Origin: a virus
Length of the DNA stretch: 64,000 bases
Reading direction: 5' to 3' (one strand)
IMG/VR virus record: IMGVR_UViG_2850037723_000002
Span: 22,211 to 86,210 of that record
Every line of letters starts with the position of its first letter. Position 1 is the first letter of the stretch. The notes below the pieces were generated by a model. That model did not search any database, was not told where the DNA came from, and saw only the letters and a list, made by a program, of their open reading frames with translations. Both the position numbers and the translations under genes were made by a program. This document shows, piece by piece, positions 9,844-19,080 of this stretch.

Positions 9844-10590
9844 CTATCGCGCCGTTCGCATCGCCCGTTGGAAGGCGACGGCGAAGTGATCGTGGACGTT
9901 GGCGACCACGTACCGCTCGACGACTTCACGCAGGCGAAGGCGGATGCGATACGAGACTTGTGGCACGAACAGGATCACCGGGTGGATGGCGTTCATTGCC
10001 GGGTCGCGCTGGTAAACGCCCGGATAGAGGTGCGAAGGCTGCCTCGGCACAAAGAACCGCGCGTTCTTGTAGTTTTTGTTTCGCTTGACCGAGGCTGCGG
10101 TGCGGGTGCGGTTCGCGCCAGCGCCGCGATAGTCGATCTGCAGGTCAGCCATGACGCGGTTCAGAAAGCCTTGCGTCATGTTGCCATACCGATCGAGCGG
10201 CGCCCGCTTGGCCGGCACAGCCACCAGGTTCCGCTGCATGAGACCCCGATCGATGAGCTGCCGCTCGAAAGCCTTGTGCGTGCGCATCCCGCCTTCGATC
10301 TGCGGCCCAAGGAAAGCCGTGGCTGGCAAGCCGCCCTTCGTGCGGTCGCCGGTAACGACGACGGCTGCCTGAAGGTTCTGCCGCGTAGCCCGGTCGTATA
10401 CGATACCGCGCTTGGCGTAAGGCGTCGGACGATCGAACACCCGGTCCATTTCCCGCTGCACTTCGAGCCGGCCGCCCTTTGCCGCCTCATTCAGCATGAG
10501 CATCACGGCATAGGGAAGCTGCTTGCGCTCAATGTCCGTCAAGGATCGATTGAACTGCCGAAGATCGATTTTGATATGAGCGTCGATCAT
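9844..10590 (-). CDS. Conserved phage protein, first gene of the late operon
   Basis: KQLPYAVMLMLNEAA...VFDRPTPY motif seen in phage neck/minor-tail-like proteins; function uncertain. Confidence 0.6.
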   Translation of the reverse strand: MIDAHIKIDLRQFNRSLTDIERKQLPYAVMLMLNEAAKGGRLEVQREMDRVFDRPTPYAKRGIVYDRATRQNLQAAVVVTGDRTKGGLPATAFLGPQIEGGMRTHKAFERQLIDRGLMQRNLVAVPAKRAPLDRYGNMTQGFLNRVMADLQIDYRGAGANRTRTAASVKRNKNYKNARFFVPRQPSHLYPGVYQRDPAMNAIHPVILFVPQVSYRIRLRLREVVERYVVANVHDHFAVAFQRAMRTAR

Positions 10591-10627
10591 CGAAGCCCTG
10601 CGATGCCCGCCTATAACCAGTGACATG

Positions 10628-10651
10628 AAAAAGGCGACCTCTCGGCCGCCT
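10628..10651 (-). terminator. Intrinsic terminator in front of the late operon
   Basis: Minus strand AGGCGGCC-GAGA-GGTCGCCT followed by a T run. Confidence 0.7.
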
Positions 10652-10659
10652 GTCGTCTG

Positions 10660-10810
10660 CTCATAGCTGTAGCACTTGCCCTGAGTCGGTACCTCGCTTC
10701 GAGGCTGTCAGGGCGGGGGACCGGAGCGTTGTTCCCTGAGGCTTTCGGCCTGCTCTGCCCTTGGCATCTGGGCCAAGGGGATCGGAGGGTTACGGTATCC
10801 GGTTCGTCCG
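10660..10810 (-). ncRNA. Putative structured late-leader RNA element
   Basis: Several stems: GCCCTGA/TCAGGGC (10678/10708) enclosing CCTCG/CGAGG; CCCTTGGC/GCCAAGGG (10758-10779); AGGC/GCCT; ACCGGA/TCCGGT (10720/10798). Confidence 0.45.
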
Positions 10811-10824
10811 TGGCAAAATGACTC

Positions 10825-11472
10825 TCACAGCTTTTTCAGAAACGCAAGAGGCATGCTGTCGATGTCGAAGGGGCGACCTTGGACGTCGATACGCACGCTG
10901 GCCTTGGCCTGCCTGCACCACTTCACCGAAGTAACGATGCATTCGAACCCGGCAAAGGGACCAAGGACGATCTCCGCCCGATCGCCATCCTTGAAGCTCT
11001 TGTCAGTCGCAACGCGCGGCACCTCGACGCCGTCGCAAATCCTTTTAAACATTGCAACATTTTCGTCTCTGACGACGTGATAGCCAGATGCACCGCCGAC
11101 GATGTCGAGCACGTTCTTGTGGCGACGGAGGCCAAGGAAAGCCTCAGGAGAAGGAACGCATCTCACCAGCATGTAGCTCGGGAAATAGGGGAAGTCGCCC
11201 TCCAGTTTCCGTCCGTGACGGATCTTGATGACCCTTTCGCGCGGCATGAACGCTTCGACGTTCGCGTCCCTCAGTGAGTTTTCCACATCGAATTCGCGAC
11301 CCTTCTTCACGAGCAAGCAATACCAGCGAGCCGATTCGGGGTTCATTTCGGTCAATTTCATAGAGGCAGCCCTCAAGCTTCGTTCTGTGATTCGGCGCAT
11401 GCGGTCTGCGAATCGCTCATGGCCCTGCAGCGCAATCGGGCTTCCAGTGATCGACCTACGCTGCATGATCAT
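10825..11472 (-). CDS. NusG-family (NGN+KOW) transcription antitermination paralogue
   Basis: RWYCLLVKKGRE, YFPSYMLV and KOW motif FKDGDRAEIVLGPFAGFECIV. Confidence 0.88.
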   Translation of the reverse strand: MIMQRRSITGSPIALQGHERFADRMRRITERSLRAASMKLTEMNPESARWYCLLVKKGREFDVENSLRDANVEAFMPRERVIKIRHGRKLEGDFPYFPSYMLVRCVPSPEAFLGLRRHKNVLDIVGGASGYHVVRDENVAMFKRICDGVEVPRVATDKSFKDGDRAEIVLGPFAGFECIVTSVKWCRQAKASVRIDVQGRPFDIDSMPLAFLKKL

Positions 11473-12757
11473 CGCTCCGCTCCTGTCTGAGTGCCGCTCT
11501 TGCGGCGATTTCGAATTGGTGAAGTGCTTCCGGGCCACCCTTCGGGAAATAGACGACGGGCATGGAGCCGGGATCGGGGACGAAGGGCCAGCCTGCCTCC
11601 TCGTGATAGGCCCGCCAGCGCTCGAAGAGATCGGATCCGACAGTCACCGGCTCGCACAGCGGGGCCAGCGCTTCAAAGCGCGCTTCAGCAACTCCGCGCT
11701 CACGGCCCTTCGCCTGCCGGTGCAGATCGTTCGCCTGAGGATAGCCGCTCTCGACGACGCGCCTGCGGAGCTCCGCCTGGTCGAAATCATCCGGAAAGAT
11801 CAGTTCGCCGCCGACGCCGACCAGAATTCCCTTGGCTCCGACGTAGGAGCGAGCCCTGGCTTCGTTGATGCGCAGCAGCGTCTCAAACGACTGCCGGATG
11901 CGATCGCGCACGTCGAGCGGCACTTCGACAGGCTCCGGCCCGTCCAGCAGCGCCAGCGCCCGCATTCCGGCCCATACCGGCCCGAACGGAGCAACCGGGA
12001 TCTTCGCGCTCGCCGCCTGCGCCTTCGCGACAGACGGCACTACGTCATCGAATTTCCTGTCCCGTAGGTAGACGCCCAGCGCGACGGGCTTGACCTTCTG
12101 CGTCTTGCACTCGGCGAGATAGGCATCCCTGCGCTCCTCAGCCAAACGACGCTCTTCCGGCGTCAGCTTTTCAAACTGCTGCAGAGCCCACGCCGTCGAC
12201 GAGGCGATCGCACCCGGCCATGGATTGTTCGCCCTGCCCATTTCGAGAGCCTTCACCCGCTGGACGAACTTTGCCGGATCGTCCTGATCCTTCAAATCGC
12301 CTTCGCGCGCACCCTCTCTCTCTGATGGTTCCATTGGTGGTTCTATTACGGTTTGGGTGACACCGTGACACCCGTCGGCGTCGTCAGTGTCACCCGTCTC
12401 CGACGTGGGTGTCACGGGTGACACAGTGTCATGGGTGACACCATGACACCCGTCAGCAACCGATTTCGAGGACGGCAGGCGCGCGATCGCCGCCAGATTG
12501 AAGTCGTAGCGCGTCGCCTCGCCGGGCCTGCCGCCGCCCTTCCTGACGACGACGAGGAGACCTTCCTCAACAAACTCCGATAGAATGCGCTGCACGGTGC
12601 GCTCGGAAAGTTCCGTCTCCTGCGCAAGGCGACCGACAGTCGGCCAGATGCCCTTGCCGTCGTCATCGGCGAAGTCCGCCAGGCGCACGGCCAACATCTT
12701 TCGCCCGGTCGAGCCGAGATGCGCTTTGAAGAGCTGTGACATGATGGCGATGCTCAC
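11456..12757 (-). CDS. Replication initiator with N-terminal winged HTH
   Basis: LADFADDDGKGIWPTVGRLAQETELSERTVQRIL; internal iteron cluster as in lambda O. Confidence 0.8.
   Translation of the reverse strand: MSIAIMSQLFKAHLGSTGRKMLAVRLADFADDDGKGIWPTVGRLAQETELSERTVQRILSEFVEEGLLVVVRKGGGRPGEATRYDFNLAAIARLPSSKSVADGCHGVTHDTVSPVTPTSETGDTDDADGCHGVTQTVIEPPMEPSEREGAREGDLKDQDDPAKFVQRVKALEMGRANNPWPGAIASSTAWALQQFEKLTPEERRLAEERRDAYLAECKTQKVKPVALGVYLRDRKFDDVVPSVAKAQAASAKIPVAPFGPVWAGMRALALLDGPEPVEVPLDVRDRIRQSFETLLRINEARARSYVGAKGILVGVGGELIFPDDFDQAELRRRVVESGYPQANDLHRQAKGRERGVAEARFEALAPLCEPVTVGSDLFERWRAYHEEAGWPFVPDPGSMPVVYFPKGGPEALHQFEIAARAALRQERSDDHAA
12354..12454. repeat. Iteron cluster, putative origin of prophage 1
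   Basis: Eight TGACAC/GTGTCA hexamers; 23-bp near-perfect direct repeat TGGGTGACACCRTGACACCCGTC at 12354 and 12432. Confidence 0.75.
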
Positions 12758-13656
12758 TCCGCCGCCTCCGCAAATAGGGATGTCTGTCGATAGGCGCTCG
12801 CCCGCTGTTCGGCGGCGAGCTGCTCGGTTGCGGCAGGGTTCAACCAGAGCACTTCGGTACGCGCGCGGGCACCGTCGGCGAAGGTTTCCTTCTCCAAGCG
12901 GCTCCAGTCCGCCAACATGTCCTTGTAGAGCGGCGCGTCGTAGCCTGAGAGCACGACCATGCCGGCGACTTTGCGCAGGAAGTCCAGCAGCTCTTCGTGG
13001 TCGCGATCGGCGAGCTCGTGCCGGTACATGCGCCAGCCGAGGTCGTATTTGTTCCCCTGAGCTCGAGTTTCATGCATGTAGGGCGGATCGACGTAGTGCA
13101 GCGTGCCCTCGCGGTCGTGCTGCGCCATGACCTCGATTGCCGGTCTGTTTTCGATCACGACGCCCTGCAGTCGCTCGACAAGCGCGCCCAGCGCCGCCGG
13201 ATAGTTCGCCCAGTCGGTCGCCGGCGTCGTGCCGCTCCGGTTCGATGTCGCGCGAAATCCGGTCGAGCGATGGCCCTTGGCTTGGCTGGCGTGCGCGTTC
13301 GAGCCGAATCCCATGAATGACCGGATCACCAGCCGGCGGCAACGCTCGATCACGTCGTCGGTCGCTTCATAGGCCGCCTTGAACTCGGTTCGAGCAAACG
13401 GCGTTAGCTTCAGCAACTCGTGCAGCCGGCAGGCCTGCGCCGGGTCGCGCAGCATGCGGAAGAGATCCACAACCTCGTCGTCGAGATCGTTATAGACCTC
13501 CGCATATGCCCGCGGCTTGCGGATCAGCACGCTCGCCGCGCCGCCGAACGGCTCGACATAGACGCGATGCGACGGAAAGTGGCCGATGATCCACGGCGCC
13601 AGCTTCCACTTGCCGCCATGCCAGCGAAGAACGGGACGCGTCGGTGCATTGCTCAA
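12754..13656 (-). CDS. DNA N6-adenine methyltransferase (Dam/D12-class), orphan
   Basis: RWHGGK, YVEPFGGAASVL, EVYNDLD and HYVDPPY motifs. Confidence 0.9.
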   Translation of the reverse strand: MSNAPTRPVLRWHGGKWKLAPWIIGHFPSHRVYVEPFGGAASVLIRKPRAYAEVYNDLDDEVVDLFRMLRDPAQACRLHELLKLTPFARTEFKAAYEATDDVIERCRRLVIRSFMGFGSNAHASQAKGHRSTGFRATSNRSGTTPATDWANYPAALGALVERLQGVVIENRPAIEVMAQHDREGTLHYVDPPYMHETRAQGNKYDLGWRMYRHELADRDHEELLDFLRKVAGMVVLSGYDAPLYKDMLADWSRLEKETFADGARARTEVLWLNPAATEQLAAEQRASAYRQTSLFAEAAE

Positions 13657-13739
13657 GCCGCCACCTCCCCTTGCGCCGTAATCTGCAGGCGGGCATGGTG
13701 AACGCGATCGGCGAGGTCCCTGAAAGATGAGGCAAGTGC

Positions 13740-14465
13740 ATGAGAGAACGCGACCAATCGCACCTGGTGGGCTGGGCCATTGCTTACTTGCTCGCCGGTG
13801 GGATCTTCATTTGGGTCCTCAGTCATGGTCCGCTCTACGACATCGCGTGTGGCAGCGCGGACGAGCACTGTTTTCGCGAATGGGTCAGCGCCTTGAGCGG
13901 ATGGGCCGCTGCCGCTGCCGCTGCACTGACGATCGGCATCCTCGTCAAGCAAGTGAATGCGCAGCAACTTCAGACCGATTTCATGCTTGGCGACGCCAGC
14001 CCAACTATCGACGCAGTTCAGCATACCGGACGGAACCGTCGCGTGATCGTTCGTATCCGAAACTGGAACCGACGCTCCATGATCCTCAGAAAAGTTCGTC
14101 TCGTCGACGCGCCCTCTCCGCTTGCCGCGGTGAAGTTCGCTTTCGATGATGAAGGGCCCCATACAAAGTACGATGCCGTGACTTTTCTCGACTCCGTGAT
14201 TTTTGAGCGGCCACCCTTGATTGAGGGCTGGGTAAGCCGAGACAAGCCGCCTCCTATGCTCAAGTTCGGTATCATGGCACTCACTGCCAAAGCTAATTTT
14301 CTGTCGGATGACTGGCGGTACGTGAAAGTCGAGGTTCAATACGAACTCGTCGGCAACCCCACTCCGGTAATGCTGCTTGTGCCAATACACATGACGGCTG
14401 CTATTCTCGACGATCCGAACCTTATCGAGGATGAGGACCTGGTAGGACTCAACGTTGACGCATAG
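13740..14465 (+). CDS. Hypothetical membrane protein (antisense moron)
   Basis: Two N-terminal hydrophobic segments (CFREWVSALSGWAAAAAAALTI); opposite strand to the surrounding operon. Confidence 0.65.
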   Translation: MRERDQSHLVGWAIAYLLAGGIFIWVLSHGPLYDIACGSADEHCFREWVSALSGWAAAAAAALTIGILVKQVNAQQLQTDFMLGDASPTIDAVQHTGRNRRVIVRIRNWNRRSMILRKVRLVDAPSPLAAVKFAFDDEGPHTKYDAVTFLDSVIFERPPLIEGWVSRDKPPPMLKFGIMALTAKANFLSDDWRYVKVEVQYELVGNPTPVMLLVPIHMTAAILDDPNLIEDEDLVGLNVDA

Positions 14466-14508
14466 CCAGGAACCCGCAAGCACATCGGCGCCGGTCTCGC
14501 TGAAAAGA

Positions 14509-14820
14509 TCAGTTCGGAACATTCCCGCTCCCCTCTTCGCCCCCGCGCGCAATGACCTGAATTCCGATGCGGGCGTATTCCCGCGTCGAGCGGATGGTGA
14601 TCGGCGCAAGCCCGTCCTTGAGCCGCGTCGCGGAGAGAGCCGCGATCTCGGCTTCGAGGTAGGCAAGGCCTTCGTGAAAACGGGCTGCGGATAGCAGCCG
14701 GCGGATTGTCACCTGGTCGCGGATGATCACCGCGAGCGGCGCGGCGAGCAGCCACCGCGCCCGCGTCGCATGATCCGGCGCATCAGCAAGCTCTTCGATG
14801 ATGGGAAGCAGCGTCGTCAT
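14509..14820 (-). CDS. Hypothetical phage protein
   Basis: MTTLLPIIEELADAPDH...; translationally coupled in the operon. Confidence 0.6.
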   Translation of the reverse strand: MTTLLPIIEELADAPDHATRARWLLAAPLAVIIRDQVTIRRLLSAARFHEGLAYLEAEIAALSATRLKDGLAPITIRSTREYARIGIQVIARGGEEGSGNVPN

Positions 14821-14897
14821 GCCGCCTCCGATGCAAATGAATGGCTGCCATCGGCCGCGGGGCAGGAACCAATAGTGGCGGGTAAGGTTAGGTGGGC

Positions 14898-15158
14898 ATG
14901 GAACGCAGAGTTGATCCCATGACCAATACTTGGGGAGACTGCGTCATCGTCCAGTTGGGCGACCGTGTTGAGATCGTCTGGACGCCGGCCCAGGCGGCGC
15001 GGTTGCTGAGTGAATGTTGGCCCGTCGAACAGGGCGCCGCTTTCCAAGCCGCCCTCAATGAATGCACGGATGCGATGTTTGGCATCTATCCATGGGAGCA
15101 TGCCCGCGATGCATTCGTTGCTGCGATCGAGGAGGCGAACATCAAGAAACTGCGCTGA
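14898..15158 (+). CDS. DUF982-family protein (antisense moron)
   Basis: W...V...TPAQAARLLSECWP...AFQAALNEC...ARDAFVAAIEEA pattern of rhizobial DUF982; start uncertain. Confidence 0.75.
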   Translation: MERRVDPMTNTWGDCVIVQLGDRVEIVWTPAQAARLLSECWPVEQGAAFQAALNECTDAMFGIYPWEHARDAFVAAIEEANIKKLR

Positions 15159-15160
15159 CG

Positions 15161-16675
15161 TCATTCCGCCGCCTCCGCTTCCGCGCTGGCCTCAAACCCC
15201 CATGCCGTCCAGCCCGGGCGCGGGCTGCGGCAGAACATTTCCAGTCGCGGCATGGCGGGGTAGAGCCGCTCGATCTGCTCGGCGAAGTAGTCTGGCTTGG
15301 CGCTGTGCCGCCCCTTCCGCTCGCGATAGACCGTCTCCGGCTGCGAGCCGGGCAGCGGCGAAACCGGATTCCCGCGCTTGCCGACAAGCAGCAGCTCGTG
15401 CCGGTCGCGGCCCCAATAGCCGGTGCCCGCGACTTCCTTGTCCCAGATCCAATGGTGCACATAGGTGAAGCCCCAGGCGGCCATGACGCGGAAAGCGTCC
15501 GGCAGCATAGGGTTCGTCGCCCAGAGGAAGAGGACGGAATCGGCCTTGGCCGGCGCGCCGATCTCGTCGAAGAGCGCGCAAATCGCATCCGTCGGCATGG
15601 TCGGATAGTGGTTCTCGGCGCTCTTCTCGCGCCCGGTCACCTCCGAACGCACGCCGAATTGCCACGGCGGATCGGCATAGATGACCGGGAATTGCTGGGC
15701 GACCGTGCCGGCCGTGGCCGAACCGGCGTCGGCGACGTGCGCCATATGCGTCAGCCGCACGGCATGGCGTATCTCCTGCCGCTTCTGTCGGATTTCCTTG
15801 GCGCGCTGGATGATCTGCTTTTCCTCGAGCCGCAGCGCCTCTTCCTGCGCCTCGCATTCCAGATGGCTTAGTGCCTCTCCGGTATGAACAGAGATCCGGC
15901 CGTCGCGGATCGCCTCGGAAAGCTCGTCGATGCCGCGATCGCGCACCCGCTTTGCCGCCGCGACGGCTCGCTCGGAGATCGACAGTCGTCGCGCCGCCTC
16001 GCGGGTCTGCAAATTTGCAGCCCCGGCCGTGTTCTGGTTGATGCCGCGCTCCCAGTCGACGATCCGCGCTGCCACCATGGCGCGTTGGCTTTCCGTCAGG
16101 TGCCGGCGATGCAGGTTGAGCGAGAGCACGAAGCCGAGCGGGTCCTTGCCCTCGTATTCCTTCGTCCAGGCGTCGATGCCGACGAGGTGGCAAGCCGCCT
16201 CGCGGTTGCGCCCGTCGAGGATCTTGCCGTCGAGCAGCCATACCGGCTCCTGCTGACCATTCGCCTCGATATCGTCCGCTAGGCGGCGCAGCTCGTCGTC
16301 GGGCAGCATGGGGAAGAGCGCCGCAAGCGGATGGTGCGGCAGGCGCGTGAGCGGTGGCAAGTCCGCCGTCCGCGAGGCTTCCATCTCGTCGGACGGCACA
16401 GGGAGGCGAATGACGCCCGTTTCCGGCGCGCCGGGTCCGCCCTCGCCTCCCTGCCCGATCTTTGGCGGCGTCCTGCCGGAAAGTTCGCAGAGCCGCTCGG
16501 TGGGATACCAGACCGAGCCGTCCTTCTTGTCGCGCGTGATAAGCCCGCGGCCGTTCAGGTTGCGACAGGCGGCGACATCGGATGGTTTTTCGGCACGATA
16601 GAAGCCTGCTTGCAACACCGTGTCGATGATCAGGTGTGCCTTCGGTCCAAGCTGCTTAGGAAGCTGCTCGCTCAC
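15161..16675 (-). CDS. ParB-like domain fused to an MT-A70-family adenine methyltransferase
   Basis: HPLAALFPML...ILDGRNREAAC...LNLHRRHL (ParB/Srx-like); VIYADPPW, HYPTM, LFLWAT, HSAKP, RLEMFCR (MT-A70). Confidence 0.88.
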   Translation of the reverse strand: MSEQLPKQLGPKAHLIIDTVLQAGFYRAEKPSDVAACRNLNGRGLITRDKKDGSVWYPTERLCELSGRTPPKIGQGGEGGPGAPETGVIRLPVPSDEMEASRTADLPPLTRLPHHPLAALFPMLPDDELRRLADDIEANGQQEPVWLLDGKILDGRNREAACHLVGIDAWTKEYEGKDPLGFVLSLNLHRRHLTESQRAMVAARIVDWERGINQNTAGAANLQTREAARRLSISERAVAAAKRVRDRGIDELSEAIRDGRISVHTGEALSHLECEAQEEALRLEEKQIIQRAKEIRQKRQEIRHAVRLTHMAHVADAGSATAGTVAQQFPVIYADPPWQFGVRSEVTGREKSAENHYPTMPTDAICALFDEIGAPAKADSVLFLWATNPMLPDAFRVMAAWGFTYVHHWIWDKEVAGTGYWGRDRHELLLVGKRGNPVSPLPGSQPETVYRERKGRHSAKPDYFAEQIERLYPAMPRLEMFCRSPRPGWTAWGFEASAEAEAAE

Positions 16676-16824
16676 GGCGTTCTTCCTTCCGATTGTTCGA
16701 TGATCTTGCAGACCTCGTTTTCGTCGATGCCGACTTCAGCGGCGATCGAGTGCGTGTCGCGGCGCTCCTGAAACCAGAGCATCAGCACCCGCACGACGAG
16801 GACCTGCCGGGAAAGCGTCGTCAC
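16672..16824 (-). CDS. Small HTH-like hypothetical protein (50 aa)
   Basis: Hand-translated from a GTG start: MTTLSRQVLVVRVLMLWFQERRDTHSIAAEVGIDENEVCKII...; 4-nt overlaps with both neighbours. Confidence 0.55.
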   Translation of the reverse strand: MTTLSRQVLVVRVLMLWFQERRDTHSIAAEVGIDENEVCKIIEQSEGRTP

Positions 16825-17285
16825 GGCGCATCCTCCAGCCCGGCGAGCACTTCCTGCAGCGCGCGGATTGCCTCGCGGGTCTCTTGGGCGATCTTCTTTC
16901 GATCGAGCGCGTCGACCTTGCCGTCGGCGATCGCCGCGACGATGGCGCGGGAAACGTCGTTGGCCTCATGCAGCACCTTCAGCGCCGCGGCTTCGGTGAG
17001 CGGCTTGCCTTCCACGTGACCGGCGAGCGGCGAGAGCCCATAGCCGAGCTGCCGCGCCGCCTCCCCTATGATGATCGGAGATCCGGCCCGCTTGTCCGCC
17101 TCGACGGCGATGTCGACGGGGATGACGTTGTCGCGGAACTCCTCGCTGACGGAGGCATATTTCGAAAGCGTCGAGACACCGACGCGCGCGCCGCCAAGCA
17201 TCGCGAATGAAGTCAGGCCGCCGCCAAGCTTGAAGCTCGCTTCGGTCGCACCCTTTAGGGAGATCAGAGATTCATCAAAGCGCAC
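16821..17285 (-). CDS. Probable CII-like regulatory protein
   Basis: Position after cro; STLSKYAS...IPVDI and AIADGKVDALDRKKI pattern. Confidence 0.6.
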   Translation of the reverse strand: MRFDESLISLKGATEASFKLGGGLTSFAMLGGARVGVSTLSKYASVSEEFRDNVIPVDIAVEADKRAGSPIIIGEAARQLGYGLSPLAGHVEGKPLTEAAALKVLHEANDVSRAIVAAIADGKVDALDRKKIAQETREAIRALQEVLAGLEDAP

Positions 17286-17512
17286 GAAAACACCCCCGGA
17301 AAAGCCGTGGAGATCAAGGAAAGAAAACCGCCAAAGGATTCAGTGAAGCGCGAGCGCCCCGCGCGTAGGGTTCAGCCCATCAGATCACGGGGGACCGCAT
17401 GGGTACGCAGACGGAGAAGAAAAGGCAGGGACGCGCCGAGGTCTGGCGCGTTCCTGCCAGGTGGCAAGGTCGCCGATTGGGAGGAGGAGACCGGTGCCTT
17501 GCTCGGGGAACA

Positions 17513-17767
17513 TCATTCCGCCGCCTCTACAGCAAGCGGCATTTCAACAGGAAGCCCCCTCGCCGCGCAGTTCGCGGAGTAGAGCTCTTCCGGGCGATAG
17601 GACGTAAGAGCGATGATCACGGGCCAGTGGCGATCAGGGATGCCAGTCTTGCTCCACTTGTAGACGGCGTCCTTGGAGATATCGCCGCCCGCCTTGGAAC
17701 TGGCCTGCGAAATGGCGTCAGGGCCGCCTGCGTCCTTAATGATTTGCTTGATCGTGATTGTGCTCAT
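17513..17767 (-). CDS. Cro-like repressor
   Basis: IIKDAGGPDAIS...ISKDAVYKWSKTGIPDRHW; divergent from cI. Confidence 0.8.
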   Translation of the reverse strand: MSTITIKQIIKDAGGPDAISQASSKAGGDISKDAVYKWSKTGIPDRHWPVIIALTSYRPEELYSANCAARGLPVEMPLAVEAAE

Positions 17768-17781
17768 GCACGCACCAATAC

Positions 17782-17836
17782 TGGATTTTAAATCCATCTT
17801 CAAGGCAACTGAATTCCAGACCGGAAAATATTTCCG
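17782..17836. promoter_or_regulatory. Putative operators of prophage 1 between cro and cI
   Basis: 15-bp dyads TGGATTTTAAATCCA (17782) and CGGAAAATATTTCCG (17822); same consensus as the 19142 and 19183 sites. Confidence 0.7.
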
Positions 17837-17852
17837 AAAGTATGATGCGATC

Positions 17853-18557
17853 ATGACCTGGTGGAAAAGATTAGATGAGCGCCGGAAGGAACTTGGCTGG
17901 AACAAGGCCGAGCTGGCGCGCCGTTCCGGCATCCCGTACGACAACATCAACAAGTATCTGCGAGGAGACATCGAGCAGCCGCGGGGCGACGTTCTTGAGA
18001 CCTTGGCGCGTACGATCAAGCGCCCTCTCCTGTGGCTGCGCGACGGTATTGAAGTCGAAGGGGGCGATCTCCTGCCAATTCCCGGCCGGATGGTCGGGGC
18101 AGCAATCGTCGGCAGAGTTGAAGCCGGCACCTTCAGGGAGGTCGATGCATTCGATCAGTCAGAACGAGAAATGATCTCCGTTCCACCAGACGAGCGCTTT
18201 CCCAACGCCCGGATACTCGTCTTCGATGTCGCTGGCGATTCGATGAACGACCTGAAGCCTCGGCCGATCCTTGATGGCGATCGCCTCATTTGCGTTGCTT
18301 ATGAGGATGTGGCGCACGAAGCCGTTTTGCGCGATGGTATGGTCGTTGTTGTCGAGCGCACCCGAGACGGCGGACACACACGGGAGTGGTCAGTAAAGCA
18401 GGTCGAGATCTATCAGGGGCGCACAGAGTTTCACCCGCGCTCTACAAATCCCCGGCATAAGCCTATCATTGTCGAGAGAGATGCCTTTGCGGATGATGGC
18501 ACGAGGGTCGAGGTGATCGGGCTCGTCCGTCGAGTTCAGAATGACCTGCCCTTCTAG
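17853..18557 (+). CDS. CI-like repressor (XRE HTH + S24 peptidase), autocleavage motifs intact
   Basis: HTH; GRVEAG cleavage site; VAGDSMN catalytic Ser; SVKQV catalytic Lys. Confidence 0.9.
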   Translation: MTWWKRLDERRKELGWNKAELARRSGIPYDNINKYLRGDIEQPRGDVLETLARTIKRPLLWLRDGIEVEGGDLLPIPGRMVGAAIVGRVEAGTFREVDAFDQSEREMISVPPDERFPNARILVFDVAGDSMNDLKPRPILDGDRLICVAYEDVAHEAVLRDGMVVVVERTRDGGHTREWSVKQVEIYQGRTEFHPRSTNPRHKPIIVERDAFADDGTRVEVIGLVRRVQNDLPF

Positions 18558-18853
18558 GCAGCGAAACTCTTCAGTAAGTCGAAGGCGTAGCACGCCCTAC
18601 GGATCTCACCGATCAGCCATCCTGGCGGTTCATTGCACATGAACGACTGGTTATCCGGGCCTATGAAGTTCATCACCGGGTAAACGCCGTATCCGTCGCC
18701 GGTATCCACAGGCGCGAGCCGAGCCACTCGAAAGCCGTAACCGGGAAACTGTCGCCGCAAATACTCGGAGAAGCGCTCTCTCGCGTCCCAGATTTTGGCG
18801 CGCTGCGCCTCAGGCGGAACGACGATGAACTCTGTAACGTCCCTACAGTCCAT
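18554..18853 (-). CDS. Hypothetical protein, second gene of a LexA-box operon
   Basis: 99-aa ORF overlapping the upstream gene; convergent with cI. Confidence 0.6.
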   Translation of the reverse strand: MDCRDVTEFIVVPPEAQRAKIWDARERFSEYLRRQFPGYGFRVARLAPVDTGDGYGVYPVMNFIGPDNQSFMCNEPPGWLIGEIRRACYAFDLLKSFAA

Positions 18854-19076
18854 AGCTCCTCTCCTGGCTAACCCCGATAATCTGTCCGACCAAGCCGGAA
18901 CAGACGCAATTGAAACGCAGCGTGCTGATAAATCCGCTCTCGACTAACTCATCGACGTCGCACGGCGCGTCATCGACTGGAGGCACTTCGACTGACTGCG
19001 CGGACTCCCTCATGCAGTTGTCGCAGCGGATATGCAACGTGAACAGTCTCGGCGTTCGGCGAAGCGCAACGGTCAT
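18843..19076 (-). CDS. Small Cys-motif (putative Zn-binding) protein
   Basis: MTVALRR...CDNC...CVC; AAGGAG RBS upstream. Confidence 0.65.
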   Translation of the reverse strand: MTVALRRTPRLFTLHIRCDNCMRESAQSVEVPPVDDAPCDVDELVESGFISTLRFNCVCSGLVGQIIGVSQERSYGL

Positions 19077-19080
19077 GTTT

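Noticed and set aside
12354..12454. Clustered short repeats considered as a CRISPR array or diversity-generating repeat
   Set aside because: No regular repeat-spacer period, no cas or reverse transcriptase gene; fits iterons inside a replication initiator
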